A stretch of 27,256 nt of DNA from a virus (Duplodnaviria; Caudoviricetes). Position 1 is the first letter of the stretch, and every line of letters starts with the position of its first letter. The position numbers and the translations under genes are program-made. The DNA lies in the IMG/VR virus record IMGVR_UViG_3300030095_002016, positions 1 through 27,256 of that record. One strand, written 5' to 3'. The notes under the pieces are model-generated. The model saw only the letters and a list, made by a program, of their open reading frames with translations, did no database searches and had not been told where the DNA came from. Positions 15,096 to 25,076 of the stretch are shown here, in pieces.

Positions 15096-17707
15096 TGCTG
15101 GACCTTTTTTAAATCCAACAAATAAGGCTGACCATTCGGTGCCTGTAACTCCATTTCATCATACCTAAGCATAAACAAGCCATCGCCAACCGACACTAGG
15201 TTCGACTTTTTAATAATTGCTAAGTCTATAGCTTCTTGGTTTTTTTCTCCAATGGGAGCCTCGTTTATAGCGACAAACTCACCGTCATCGTTCTGAGTCA
15301 CGGCTAGTTTGAAAACATCTTCATAAGTCTCAAATCCGTCAAATATGTCATCAAGACCATCTTGGCGAACATTCGGCGGCAGTATTACGTTTGTTTGCGT
15401 TGAGCCACTTAAAAAGCCCCCACCGTTGGTGTGTACCGCTAAACCGCCATAAGCCACATCACCAACCATTCTCCTACCAGCCGCATCTTGCAATGCGTCT
15501 TGATAGGTGCCGCCGTCATCGCGTCTGGCCAGGTAGATAAAATCGGCTAGTTTTTTTATACGGCCAACAGCTTTAATAACTGACTTGGACTCATTAACCC
15601 CAGCCAGGTTTTCTCTACGCTGATCTTTAATATCAACCAATTCACCAGATACATTGTCGGGCCTTTCAGATGCTAGAAGTCGGCCTGTCGTTATATCTCT
15701 GATAATCTTGGGGTCAGTTCCATTGACTATCATACCGCCAATATGTGCGAGGACGGGCGCATCTTTACTGGTTTGCCCTAAAACTTTTAACGCATCACTT
15801 CCAAAAGCATTAACTAATGTGGAAACCAATTTAGTTTGCATTTCTACGGGTGACTCAGTTAAGCCCGTTGCTATTGCATCCACTTCCGCACTCATCAGTA
15901 ATTGCTTAGGTATACTATAGTGGCCAGCAACTTTATCGGCGTTTTGCCTACGAACTTCAATAGCGGATTGTATGGCTTCTGGTGTAGACTCAGGGTTAAA
16001 CAAAACGCTAATTAAATCGGCTTGTATATCAACGACACCAGCTTCGTTAGCCCACTCTAAAGGGTCACTTTTGAGGGCTGCATTTTGTGCGTTAATCCTG
16101 GTATCCAGGTCTTTAATCAGTTCATTGGCCTCAGGGGATGCACCACTTGTTCGAGCGTCATCCTTTAATTTATTTCTTTTAGCTTCAAGTGTCAGCGATG
16201 AGTCATCAGCAATGTCATTATAAAGAGCCTGGTTTCTTCGCAACATTTCAAGTTCAGACTCAAGTGATTCGACAAGCGTATCAGGCGCACCATCTTCTTT
16301 TAACGCAGCTATTGCGTTTTCAGCCGCTTCTAAATCCTCATCCCTAAGCGGCAAGAAGTTCTCAACAACTTTATCAAGTTCATCAATACCTTTGCTTATT
16401 GCCGTGCCAGCGGCTTTCCAGGCTTGGTTTTGCGCCCTGGCTTCAGTCAATTCTGCTTTAAGGCGTGACTTCACAACTTTGAGTCGCAGAATATCGTCGG
16501 GCGTAGCACCCTCATCTTTAACTTGTTCAAGCCTGGTTTTCTCTGCAATCAGATCATCAGTGCTATAACTTTGTATGTCTCTAAAATAATTTATATTTGT
16601 TTCGGCTCTGGCTAACGTTTCTTTAAGTGCCGCAATTTTTTCTTTATTGCCGCCACCTTCCTCTATTGTCTGAACTCTTGCCCGTAACTTGTTGATAACG
16701 CCCTCAGCGGGTACGCCGCCAGATGTGACAATACTGGACACATCTAGCTTAATGTCTGCCGCAAGGTTTGTTATTTCTGAGTTGAGGGCGTTAGTTGCAG
16801 CCTTTGCCTTGGTTTTAAAATTGTTAGCCAAAGTTTGCGCTGTACTGTCATCCAGGTTTGCCGCTAGGCCGTTACGCTTTCCAATACTGTCCTCAAAATC
16901 TTCTGCATATTGAAGCTGCGCTTCGGGTGTAGCCGCACGATCAAAACCGCCTCGGGCTTTTGCAATGTAAGCCCTCTCTCGTAACGAAATAACTTCTCGG
17001 GCTATTTCTTCTGGCTGATAACCTTTTGTCTCAAGAAATGTTGAAATTGTATCAAGTTCATCTTGAATTGCTTGATCTATATTAACTGTAGGTTGTGCAG
17101 ACCTTGCCTGATTTTCTAGGCTTTTTGCCATTGAGTCTAATTTGATTGCACCGTCAGCGCGATTGCGTTTTCGCTCTTCTTTTATGTAAGTTTCAGAGTA
17201 ATTTAAAAATTGACTGTTGCGGTATCCATCTAATTTCAAGCGCAAACTTTCGGCTGCCGCTGGGTCCATCAAAGCCAATGAGTCCGAAAAACCCGTATTT
17301 ACCATGTCAAGTCGACCACCCATATCTTCGGGCGTGAGGTTGTTTTTAAGAGCGTCCAGATATTCTAGGCCCATTTTCTTTTTAGCGTTTATTTCAACTT
17401 CTGCGGATATGGCTTTGACCGCTGTGGCGTAAGCCGCTGTTTCTTTAATTCCAAACGATGTAGGATCACGATCCTCTAAACCTTGCAATGTGCGCTTTGG
17501 ATCGGTCGCGCCTTGTGCTTGACCTTCAAGTGTAAGTCTCTGCTTTGCCTTACCAAAAGCAAAATCACTAATTGAGTCTAACGCCCTGCGAGTTGCATCA
17601 GCGGTCCGAACAGCCTCACGGCCAGCCGCAAAGTCTATTTGCCTTGTTGCAGCGGGACCGACTGTGCGTACTCTGTTGCCAGAATATTGTGGGAATAATT
17701 CAGCCAT
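15092..17707 (-). CDS. internal virion / ejection protein (871 aa)
   Basis: Long helical acidic protein located among the core genes. Confidence 0.75.
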   Translation of the reverse strand: MAELFPQYSGNRVRTVGPAATRQIDFAAGREAVRTADATRRALDSISDFAFGKAKQRLTLEGQAQGATDPKRTLQGLEDRDPTSFGIKETAAYATAVKAISAEVEINAKKKMGLEYLDALKNNLTPEDMGGRLDMVNTGFSDSLALMDPAAAESLRLKLDGYRNSQFLNYSETYIKEERKRNRADGAIKLDSMAKSLENQARSAQPTVNIDQAIQDELDTISTFLETKGYQPEEIAREVISLRERAYIAKARGGFDRAATPEAQLQYAEDFEDSIGKRNGLAANLDDSTAQTLANNFKTKAKAATNALNSEITNLAADIKLDVSSIVTSGGVPAEGVINKLRARVQTIEEGGGNKEKIAALKETLARAETNINYFRDIQSYSTDDLIAEKTRLEQVKDEGATPDDILRLKVVKSRLKAELTEARAQNQAWKAAGTAISKGIDELDKVVENFLPLRDEDLEAAENAIAALKEDGAPDTLVESLESELEMLRRNQALYNDIADDSSLTLEAKRNKLKDDARTSGASPEANELIKDLDTRINAQNAALKSDPLEWANEAGVVDIQADLISVLFNPESTPEAIQSAIEVRRQNADKVAGHYSIPKQLLMSAEVDAIATGLTESPVEMQTKLVSTLVNAFGSDALKVLGQTSKDAPVLAHIGGMIVNGTDPKIIRDITTGRLLASERPDNVSGELVDIKDQRRENLAGVNESKSVIKAVGRIKKLADFIYLARRDDGGTYQDALQDAAGRRMVGDVAYGGLAVHTNGGGFLSGSTQTNVILPPNVRQDGLDDIFDGFETYEDVFKLAVTQNDDGEFVAINEAPIGEKNQEAIDLAIIKKSNLVSVGDGLFMLRYDEMELQAPNGQPYLLDLKKVQQ

Positions 17708-18201
17708 TACGAAAATCCTAAAATCTTAGAGTCTTGGGCTTGTTGTCCGCCTTTAGTAAAACTCTCCATCGCGTTTAGGTATCCCTGGCGTTTTGCCAGG
17801 CTTGCCGCACCAACAAATTGCGCCGCTTGAACAGCCCCAACAGCTTCTATGATTTCGCCCTGGGCTTGCAGCATTTGCTGGTTTTCAGTTGAAGCGTAAA
17901 AATCAACAGTACCTTTGCCAGTTTGAACTTCGGCATAATTGGCAACAGAACCAGAAAAAGCATCAATTCCACCAGCCGCCGCGCGCGCGTTGATTGCAGC
18001 CATGTTTCGGGTGATATTGTTTAAAATTTCAATGCCCTGCTTTTTATGGTTAAGCGTCTCAGCCCTGTTTCTCAGCATATCAGACTTAGCTTGCAGCTTT
18101 GCCTGAGTCGCTTGCATATTATAAAGTTTGGCTTGTGCCTTACCCATCTGGATAGATTGAACGCCGGAAACGACACTGGCTGCGACTGCTACATATTCCA
18201 T
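17707..18201 (-). CDS. small internal virion protein (T7 gp14-like position)
   Basis: Ala/Gln/Gly-rich with AAAGGID..SGS motif; follows tail tubular B. Confidence 0.75.
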   Translation of the reverse strand: MEYVAVAASVVSGVQSIQMGKAQAKLYNMQATQAKLQAKSDMLRNRAETLNHKKQGIEILNNITRNMAAINARAAAGGIDAFSGSVANYAEVQTGKGTVDFYASTENQQMLQAQGEIIEAVGAVQAAQFVGAASLAKRQGYLNAMESFTKGGQQAQDSKILGFS

Positions 18202-18202
18202 A

Positions 18203-20176
18203 TTACTGACCCACCGAAACCTTAAAATCTAATGCTAAAACCGTCATATCCAGCGGCACCGTTTGCTTAAGAGTAATAGTTCCTTCTTTATCAAATCCAA
18301 GAAGAGGGCCTATTGTTTTTATACCAGTGAATTTTGAAACAGCGGTATCCAGGTTGCTTTCACCAAATTGGCGAAACGAGACTAATTCATCGTTGATTGT
18401 TAGAGCCTGAGTCTCAAAAAGTTCTGCGTTAACTTCGAGGATGCGTTTTTTAAAACCTCGCAACGAGCCCGACTGTGTTTGTGGCTCAACGGGCATGGTT
18501 TTAATCTCAACCTCAAAATTTAGGCCAACTTGCCAGGTTGTCGCTGAATTGCGATCAAAAGTAACCACATTACCAGACACAGTTTCATCTGCTTGCACGA
18601 TGCCATCTAAAATGACTTTAACTGTTTCGGTATTGAGGTGTGCAACTGTGGCATTAGCTGCCGCTGCACTTGCAGCAATGGCACTATCAAGCGTTAAAGA
18701 ACTATCAAAATATTCAACAAAATATTGTGCAGAACTGTTTACTGTACGTTTTACAACCGTATAGATCGTATCAACATCAACACCAACAGCTTTAAACTCT
18801 CCGTTAGTTACGAACTCGGCTGGGGCTGTAACTTCCTGTGACCGTAACAATGAGAACACAAGCATTGAACCATCAGTCGAGTTGACAATCATAAGCCTGT
18901 CTGACTCATCTGTTGAGGTGGCGCGTCTAATCGCCATGTCAACCGGAGACTTAAACAGATGGCCGGACAACATCGAAACATTGTTTGTATTGTAGGCTAA
19001 CTCTGAGTCAGTAAAGGCCAATTCATTTAACGACTTGCCTTTCCGCTGAATAAACAAGGTTCCGCTGTCAACGCCAACAATCGGCACATCATCTTTTGAC
19101 CCGTTTCTGGTTGCGATCTTAACGATGAAATTTGACGGTGTGATTGGTTCTTGTAATCCTTGCGGTATGTAAAACTCACCGCCTGTCGTAAAAATCTGTA
19201 AATCACGACCTGAGAATATATCTGTAACTGAGTTGAGAGTTGAAGTTGAGAGCGTGGCTTCAAGCCCCGCATCATCCAAACCCTCACCCTTATCAAAATT
19301 AAAGAAATCATTAACCCTAGATGCCCAAATTGTTGAGGGCAGGGACTTCGACCCAGCCAGCCAAAGCCGACCTTCATGGAAAGTAATTGCTTTAGGCCAG
19401 CCCCTAGTGTTTGACCAGGCCAACTCATGTCCTGTTTCCAACTGCCAATCGCCTGACGGAATAGCATCAGTGTTGAAAAGTGGCGTCTCTGCAACAACTT
19501 TAACGACAGTTGCAGATACAAACTCAACAATACGCAAACGCCCAAAACTTGCAGTTACATTGATATATTGATGAACATTACCACTTGCAAAAACACCAGA
19601 CGCGGCAGTAATTGTAATGTTACCAGAAGTCGCGCTTGGCGTTATTTGGGCACTAGGATTACTAAAAGCTAACGTAAATGGATAATAGGGCCGCTCAGTA
19701 AAACTAAGAGTGCTTTTAGTCCAAGACGAATTATTTGCACCGCGAACCAATTTAATTGGCTCTAGGTCCTCATGCACAAAAATGATTGTGTCAGCCGATT
19801 GAGCAAAATTTAGCTTAGGCAACATGGCCGCAGTTATTTCAGAAATAGCCAGGTAATCGTTTCCAGTAGCATTTATGTTTGTAATTAAAGCACCATCCCG
19901 AAAAACGTAAAGTTTGCCTGGCGTAATTGCGAACATGTAACTGTCATCGCTGTTAAACTCGAATGGTACGAGCCTTACACCGTTTGCTGCGCCGCTATCC
20001 AAACTGGCAGAGTAGCGCAAACCTTCTCTACGTTTGGCCCCGCCCTGTGGCTGAATGACCACATTCTTGGCAGTCTGCAATGCGTTATAATATTGCTTGA
20101 GATCAATCCTGGCTCTAAGTAGCGGGTCAATCTCACCAACCGCAAAATTTGTTTGTAGTTGAACAATACGACTCAT
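18203..20176 (-). CDS. tail tubular protein B / nozzle (T7 gp12 / P22 gp10-like)
   Basis: QTNFAVGEIDP.L.AR.D...Y, PQGGAKRR.G, AQSAD, GWP....FHEGRLW, LFIQR.G motifs; 657 aa. Confidence 0.9.
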   Translation of the reverse strand: MSRIVQLQTNFAVGEIDPLLRARIDLKQYYNALQTAKNVVIQPQGGAKRREGLRYSASLDSGAANGVRLVPFEFNSDDSYMFAITPGKLYVFRDGALITNINATGNDYLAISEITAAMLPKLNFAQSADTIIFVHEDLEPIKLVRGANNSSWTKSTLSFTERPYYPFTLAFSNPSAQITPSATSGNITITAASGVFASGNVHQYINVTASFGRLRIVEFVSATVVKVVAETPLFNTDAIPSGDWQLETGHELAWSNTRGWPKAITFHEGRLWLAGSKSLPSTIWASRVNDFFNFDKGEGLDDAGLEATLSTSTLNSVTDIFSGRDLQIFTTGGEFYIPQGLQEPITPSNFIVKIATRNGSKDDVPIVGVDSGTLFIQRKGKSLNELAFTDSELAYNTNNVSMLSGHLFKSPVDMAIRRATSTDESDRLMIVNSTDGSMLVFSLLRSQEVTAPAEFVTNGEFKAVGVDVDTIYTVVKRTVNSSAQYFVEYFDSSLTLDSAIAASAAAANATVAHLNTETVKVILDGIVQADETVSGNVVTFDRNSATTWQVGLNFEVEIKTMPVEPQTQSGSLRGFKKRILEVNAELFETQALTINDELVSFRQFGESNLDTAVSKFTGIKTIGPLLGFDKEGTITLKQTVPLDMTVLALDFKVSVGQ

Positions 20177-20790
20177 CCGCGCACTGAGATTAAGCTGTAA
20201 TCCTCAATCGCCTCTATCTGACGGTTTTGGCTATCGGTTGTAGCCGCAACGCGGAAAAAGCCACCCCGCATATTTTCACTAGGGGAGCCAATAGCAATAT
20301 TCTTGAAATATTCGGCCTTAGTGATTTGGTCGGTGACGGTTTCTGCAATATTCCAGGCCATCTGATATTTCAATAATTGAATAAAATAAGTGGGCATTTC
20401 GCCCTCAGGTGTTGCAAACTGATAGTCAACATGGATCTCAGTCTCACTGCTTAACAGTTTATCGCCTTGGATTTCCCACCCGTAAGCGATTGGCGTTGCT
20501 GAAGAAGTTGCGTTATTGAATACAGCCCTGACGTTATTGAGCCTGTCACCTGGCAGTTGATACTCGTAAAGAAATTCGTTGAGAGGAGTGTTTGTAGTTC
20601 GAGCAAGAGTGGTTTTCTTATAAGAAAATGTCCAGGGGTACATCCCCAGGGTACTATCTCTAATGTCATCATAAAGCCTGTCGCAGATTTGGGCTGCGTC
20701 AGTGCCCTCAGAAAAAGAGGAGAGCGGTTTTGCGCCGAGCATAATAAGCGCATCCGAGCAAATGCTAAGTTTGGTATCGCCAGACGCCAC
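20173..20790 (-). CDS. tail tubular protein A / adaptor (T7 gp11-like)
   Basis: ICSDAL..LGA.P...F, HPW/YPW-type YPWTF, YQLPGD; GTG start with AAAGGAG RBS. Confidence 0.88.
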   Translation of the reverse strand: MASGDTKLSICSDALIMLGAKPLSSFSEGTDAAQICDRLYDDIRDSTLGMYPWTFSYKKTTLARTTNTPLNEFLYEYQLPGDRLNNVRAVFNNATSSATPIAYGWEIQGDKLLSSETEIHVDYQFATPEGEMPTYFIQLLKYQMAWNIAETVTDQITKAEYFKNIAIGSPSENMRGGFFRVAATTDSQNRQIEAIEDYSLISVRG

Positions 20791-20810
20791 AACACTCTCC
20801 TTTAGTTTTT

Positions 20811-20842
20811 TGGGACAACCTTGATCTTAAAAGGTTGTCCCA
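20811..20842. promoter_or_regulatory. perfect 12-bp inverted repeat TGGGACAACCTT-N8-AAGGTTGTCCCA (hairpin or operator)
   Basis: Sits between the capsid-associated gene and tail tubular A; no U-tract on the coding strand. Confidence 0.6.
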
Positions 20843-20852
20843 GGGAGGATTT

Positions 20853-21128
20853 CTAGTCAGCGTCAGCAACGCTAATCACGGTGCCATCGCTTACATCCAC
20901 AACGCCAGAAGCGTTTGAAAGCACTATGACAAGCGATGCCGTGGGTGTGGCTGAGTCGCGGATATACATAAGATCACCAACTTTGAGCAAATCAGCCGCA
21001 TCGTTGAAATATCCAGATGTATTAACAGCCGCAATAGCGTCCGCAGATGTATAAGCCCACATCTGAGGTGCAGTGCCAGCTTTGCCTTGACCGCCAATAG
21101 GCTGTAGTCCTGTTGAAGAATATGCCAT
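20853..21128 (-). CDS. small capsid-associated (decoration-like) protein
   Basis: 91 aa directly after the major capsid gene; GYFN...L.VGD motif; GGAG RBS. Confidence 0.7.
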   Translation of the reverse strand: MAYSSTGLQPIGGQGKAGTAPQMWAYTSADAIAAVNTSGYFNDAADLLKVGDLMYIRDSATPTASLVIVLSNASGVVDVSDGTVISVADAD

Positions 21129-21139
21129 TTTTCAATCTC

Positions 21140-21982
21140 CTATTCGCGGCAAGTTACTTTGCAGATGCCATCAGGGTCGATAGCAACGGCACCAGCGGAA
21201 AACATTGAGGCAACCAAGAATGAGGTTTTCTCAGGTATGTAATCCACTTTGGTTTTTTCAGCCATGTTGATGCCAAGTCCCATCGCGTCTTTATGGAAAG
21301 CAAAAATAGTACGATCACTCGAACCATCAATTGCAAGCCCACCTTCGTCTCTGTCTCCGAGTTGGACAAACCGGAATCCCAGAAAAGTGTTGTCCGCGAC
21401 CTGGCCAGTGACCAAGGCTTTCACGCTGTTGAAATCAGAACTTGTGACTGAAGTCTCAGACAAAAGTGCGTCCATGCTGTTTGCGTGAGCCACGATCACA
21501 CGATTGTCAGATGGCACATTCTTGGCGTCCATTTGCTTTTTGATATCGCGTAATTTTGCAACATTGAGATTCGTGTTTGAGCCACCGACACTATTGGCCA
21601 CTGTGAGTGTGCCAGATGCAGCGGTTAGGGCGTCAAGAACAACCTGATCCATTCTTCGACCAATCGCTCCACCAACTACCTGGACCAATTCTGCGCGATC
21701 CTGGAAATTGATTTTAGCTTGGTTAAAGATATCCGAATATTCTGCGGCAATAAAATCAGACATTACGGCTTGAACCTGTGAGTAGACCACGGACATCGGG
21801 GTCACATCGGTCTGAGGTACACGAATAGATGCAGTGCCTTTTCCTATTTTTGGAAACTTCACTGTGGAACCCTCGACAGTTCTTTCGCGGGTCAGACCAG
21901 CCAAGGAACGTTGCCCTTGGTAACTGTGCTTTACCTCACTGTCGAATAAGGTCACAAAGGCGTTTGAAACAGAAACAGCCAT
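21140..21982 (-). CDS. major capsid protein (HK97 fold)
   Basis: AFVTLFDSEVKH.YQ, GSTVKFPKIG, AIGRRMDQ, FLGFRF, GAVAIDPDG; strong AAAGGAG RBS; follows the scaffold gene. Confidence 0.92.
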   Translation of the reverse strand: MAVSVSNAFVTLFDSEVKHSYQGQRSLAGLTRERTVEGSTVKFPKIGKGTASIRVPQTDVTPMSVVYSQVQAVMSDFIAAEYSDIFNQAKINFQDRAELVQVVGGAIGRRMDQVVLDALTAASGTLTVANSVGGSNTNLNVAKLRDIKKQMDAKNVPSDNRVIVAHANSMDALLSETSVTSSDFNSVKALVTGQVADNTFLGFRFVQLGDRDEGGLAIDGSSDRTIFAFHKDAMGLGINMAEKTKVDYIPEKTSFLVASMFSAGAVAIDPDGICKVTCRE

Positions 21983-22070
21983 TTGCTTACTCCTTTAACT
22001 AGATTGATTTAAGGTTAAACACTGCAAACGGTTGTCCTGGTGGGCCGATAGATGCCGTGAACTGGCCATT

Positions 22071-22134
22071 AAAAAACGGTTGTCAGTCGGTAAGAATATA
22101 ACCGTAAAAATACACCCTTACAACCAACAACCGT
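22071..22134 (-). terminator. long hairpin plus U-tract (terminator, attenuator or processing site)
   Basis: About 24 bp with one bulge and six G-U pairs, so strongly favoured on the minus-strand RNA, ending in a U6 tract. Confidence 0.5.
22095..22123 (-). promoter_or_regulatory. sigma70-like promoter for the major capsid gene
   Basis: TTGTAA-17 nt-TATATT on the minus strand, about 110 nt upstream of the capsid ATG. Confidence 0.55.
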
Positions 22135-22159
22135 ATCATTTGGCCATTGTAGTTACATC

Positions 22160-23002
22160 TTAGCCTTCTCCATGCGCCCTCATTACTTTTTGCTCAACGT
22201 CTGATGTGAAGGCCATATCTACCCCATAGCGCGGATCAGCAACCATAGAATCAAGTTCTTGCCTGGTGATTGCCTGACCTTCCATAACTTCGAGCCCAGG
22301 CATTGGAGCCTCGTTATATGACTGCCTAATTTTGTTAAGACCAGAAATAAAGAACCCATTTTTAGACGCATCAGCTATCGCTTCAATTTCATTTTGGTCC
22401 AAAACACCAGCGTTTTTCTCACCAGGGCCTAGCTTTACAAGCCAATTCTCGGTTTCTTTAATAATCTTTTCCGCATTGCGGCCCAGCTTTTGACGCTCTT
22501 CTGCAATAGTAGTTTGTACTGTATCTTGAGCCTCGCCAGCGACATCCAAAACCAAAGACGAAATCGCATTAAAAGCATCTTGAGAAATGCCATGCTCTTT
22601 TGCCACTTCAACAAATCCAGTAAGTAAAGGGTCATCTGACTCAACACCAGCTTCAGATAATACGCTGCTTTCATAATTTCCGTCCTTAGGGGCTTTGTGT
22701 AAGCCCTGGCTCATTTTTGTACGCAATTCTTTGTAGTCTTTGTTTACAGTATTTAACGCTGATGCCATCCCTTCAATGTCTGGGCCATCATCCTCGGTCC
22801 AAAAACCATCTGGCATCCAATCAGGTTTTTCACCCCATTCAACGGGCTCATCATCTGACTCTTCAGATGCCAGGTGAGGCATTGCATCTGGCTCGTCTGC
22901 CGTTTCAACTTGAGCCTCGGGATTAAGATTTAATAACGTGTCTTGTTGGTTATCGCTCTGCGGCTCCTCAGAGTTATCGCTCACGGCCAGTTCTTCATTC
23001 AT
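22160..23002 (-). CDS. capsid scaffolding protein
   Basis: Very acidic; KPDWMPDGFW and C-terminal DPRY motifs; lies between portal and capsid. Confidence 0.85.
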   Translation of the reverse strand: MNEELAVSDNSEEPQSDNQQDTLLNLNPEAQVETADEPDAMPHLASEESDDEPVEWGEKPDWMPDGFWTEDDGPDIEGMASALNTVNKDYKELRTKMSQGLHKAPKDGNYESSVLSEAGVESDDPLLTGFVEVAKEHGISQDAFNAISSLVLDVAGEAQDTVQTTIAEERQKLGRNAEKIIKETENWLVKLGPGEKNAGVLDQNEIEAIADASKNGFFISGLNKIRQSYNEAPMPGLEVMEGQAITRQELDSMVADPRYGVDMAFTSDVEQKVMRAHGEG

Positions 23003-23208
23003 GTTGATCTTCCTCGCTTGATACGCTTCTCGATTTCTCTAACCAGGGAGTTTTGTCCTTCACGGTGAAAACCATGTGACGGGTCATCGCCTGGGAACCA
23101 AGCGGCCTGTTCTATTGTGATGTTCCGCAAATATTCCAGGACCGCTTGGCCATCCTTTGTGGAGAAGCAACGCACAAAGGTTTTGTCAATTTCTTCAATG
23201 TCATTCAC
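22999..23208 (-). CDS. small conserved protein downstream of portal (BPP-1 Bbp19-like)
   Basis: F...FST.DG..VL.YL.......REGQ..LV..I pattern. Confidence 0.75.
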   Translation of the reverse strand: MNDIEEIDKTFVRCFSTKDGQAVLEYLRNITIEQAAWFPGDDPSHGFHREGQNSLVREIEKRIKRGRST

Positions 23209-24748
23209 TTGATTGTTGTCCCTGCATCTGAGCCATAGAGTTTTGCATTTCTGTAATTATCGCGTCTCTTTGCTCTTCGTCATTTATGACTGACTTCGGT
23301 ATAGCCATCTTCTCAGCAATATAGTCGAGCATTGCATCCTGATTGATTGCGACCTGGCCCATAGGACCAACGCCCTGGACAATCTGGGTAAATTGCAAGA
23401 CATTCTGCAAATCATCCATATTCTGAGCCTGGGCGAGAGGGGACACGGGGATAACCCTGACAACCTTGCCATCCGCCTTGAGTGGCATATCAATCAGGTT
23501 TTTCTCATCCATAACGTATAAGACCCGATTGACCAGGGGCATCATGCACTCGGTTATCAATCTGCCATAGGCCGCGCCCATGTTGGAAGCTAACTCCTTC
23601 ATGCGTTCCACGATTTCTGTAGCAGACCTGGCTGATTGGGTATCCATCGGCAAAGTGTCATCAAGCAGCATTTTTTTGATGCCCATGACCAGATCGTTGA
23701 TAATTAACTGGCCAACATTAAAATCACTCGCGGCTTTAAGGGGCTTGAGACTTTCCCCCTGGGGACCGCCATTCCTGGCAACAGGGATAATCGCGCCTGG
23801 TGCAATTGTTATGTTAGCTGGATTTAACACACCATCATCAGCCGCAGTGTAGACACCCGCAACAGATATAGATGCGTTTTTAAGCACCAGTTCTTTGACC
23901 TTGTTCAGCGTTTTAACATCAGGCAATGCGCTTACCAGGGGCCCACGGCCATAAACCTCGCCCGATACTTTCATATACCTAGCAACAATCCAGGGGCTAA
24001 CTTTCATGGTGCGATAAACCAGATCAACGGCTCCCGCATGTTTTTTGTCTTTTGAGTAAACCAGGTGATAGCAATATGTCTGCATTGACTCAGACCAAAC
24101 GGTGGCTTCAAGAAGGTCAATTTCTTCATCAGGCGCATCTTGCGCCTTTTTACGCAAATCATCTGACAGTTTTGCATCTGGCCATTGACGCTCAATGACA
24201 TCAGCCCTTACCCGTAGCTTGCGATAGACGTTATCGACAACGCCATATGGCCCTTCTTCGAGGCTAACTAGATATTGCGGTACTGCGGTAAAGCGGACAG
24301 GGGCATCATCATCGCCTGGTTGCACAAGCATTACCGCTGTTCCGACACATAAATCCAGGAGAAACTCGCTCATCGCCAGGTCAAAGTTGGTTTGCCGGAT
24401 AGCATCAAACATTTTATCAGTGTAAATATCTAACGCCTGTCCAATTTCATCGGCTCTATCTTCGGGCACATCATTGCCTGGCTGCAATCGACACCAGTTA
24501 CGATAAGGCGGGAAGAGGGCTGATTGTATGCGGTTAGCAAACCGCTGGGTTGAGTTAATAGCTGTAGCATCAAACACTCTAGCCATTTTGTCCTGGCCAG
24601 GTGATTTGCCCTCATAGTGGCCCGAATAAAGATTACGCTGAGGCAAGGCAAACTCATAGCACTCCTCGTAAATCGTGCGCCATTGGTCTTTTCGAGAATC
24701 GGCTTTTTCAGCCCGTTTCATCAACTCACGCGGTTCAATTTTTGCCAT
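23201..24748 (-). CDS. portal (head-to-tail connector) protein
   Basis: 515 aa; FDATA, DL.VGTA, GEVYGRGP..ALPD.K.LN, RSATEI.ER, SPLAQAQ motifs. Confidence 0.95.
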   Translation of the reverse strand: MAKIEPRELMKRAEKADSRKDQWRTIYEECYEFALPQRNLYSGHYEGKSPGQDKMARVFDATAINSTQRFANRIQSALFPPYRNWCRLQPGNDVPEDRADEIGQALDIYTDKMFDAIRQTNFDLAMSEFLLDLCVGTAVMLVQPGDDDAPVRFTAVPQYLVSLEEGPYGVVDNVYRKLRVRADVIERQWPDAKLSDDLRKKAQDAPDEEIDLLEATVWSESMQTYCYHLVYSKDKKHAGAVDLVYRTMKVSPWIVARYMKVSGEVYGRGPLVSALPDVKTLNKVKELVLKNASISVAGVYTAADDGVLNPANITIAPGAIIPVARNGGPQGESLKPLKAASDFNVGQLIINDLVMGIKKMLLDDTLPMDTQSARSATEIVERMKELASNMGAAYGRLITECMMPLVNRVLYVMDEKNLIDMPLKADGKVVRVIPVSPLAQAQNMDDLQNVLQFTQIVQGVGPMGQVAINQDAMLDYIAEKMAIPKSVINDEEQRDAIITEMQNSMAQMQGQQSSE

Positions 24749-25025
24749 TTTTCAGCCTCTTGGATATTGCCGCGCTTTTACTTCTTGCGTCCGACTTGGA
24801 TGATGCGCCCCACTGTTGCAAGGAGAGCAACAGCCTGGTTGGCTCCCCCTTCGAGTCACGCTCGGGGCCAGGGTTTGATCCCATTCGCGCCAGGAATGAA
24901 GCCCGTCTTGGGTTATCACCAGATTTTACGGGTGGCTTGAGGTTAGCCCCCTCAGTTCTTTTGAAGTGGGCACGACCCGCAGCGTTCAACCCGCCTTTCG
25001 GGTTTTGGTGCCTTTTAAGGGTCAT
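24735..25025 (-). CDS. small basic phage protein (96 aa)
   Basis: KGGLNAAGR...NLKPPV....RRASFLARM; overlaps the portal start. Confidence 0.75.
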   Translation of the reverse strand: MTLKRHQNPKGGLNAAGRAHFKRTEGANLKPPVKSGDNPRRASFLARMGSNPGPERDSKGEPTRLLLSLQQWGASSKSDARSKSAAISKRLKNGKN

Positions 25026-25073
25026 CTAGTAACCCCGACCACCTTTTCCTTTACCTTTTTTCTTACCTGGCAT
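25026..25073 (-). CDS. 15-aa basic micro-peptide MPGKKKGKGKGGRGY
   Basis: Fills the intergenic gap; AAAGG upstream; its TAG abuts the next ATG. Confidence 0.55.
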   Translation of the reverse strand: MPGKKKGKGKGGRGY

Positions 25074-25076
25074 GAC

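Noticed and set aside
10556-17432. Many plus-strand ORFs opposite the structural genes
   Set aside because: They are antisense shadows of long genes with no recognisable motifs.
19027-19545. 172-aa same-strand alternative-frame ORF in tail tubular B
   Set aside because: Leu/Gln/Arg-rich frameshift-like composition, and the main frame is well-formed there, unlike the nested ORF at 13262-13450.
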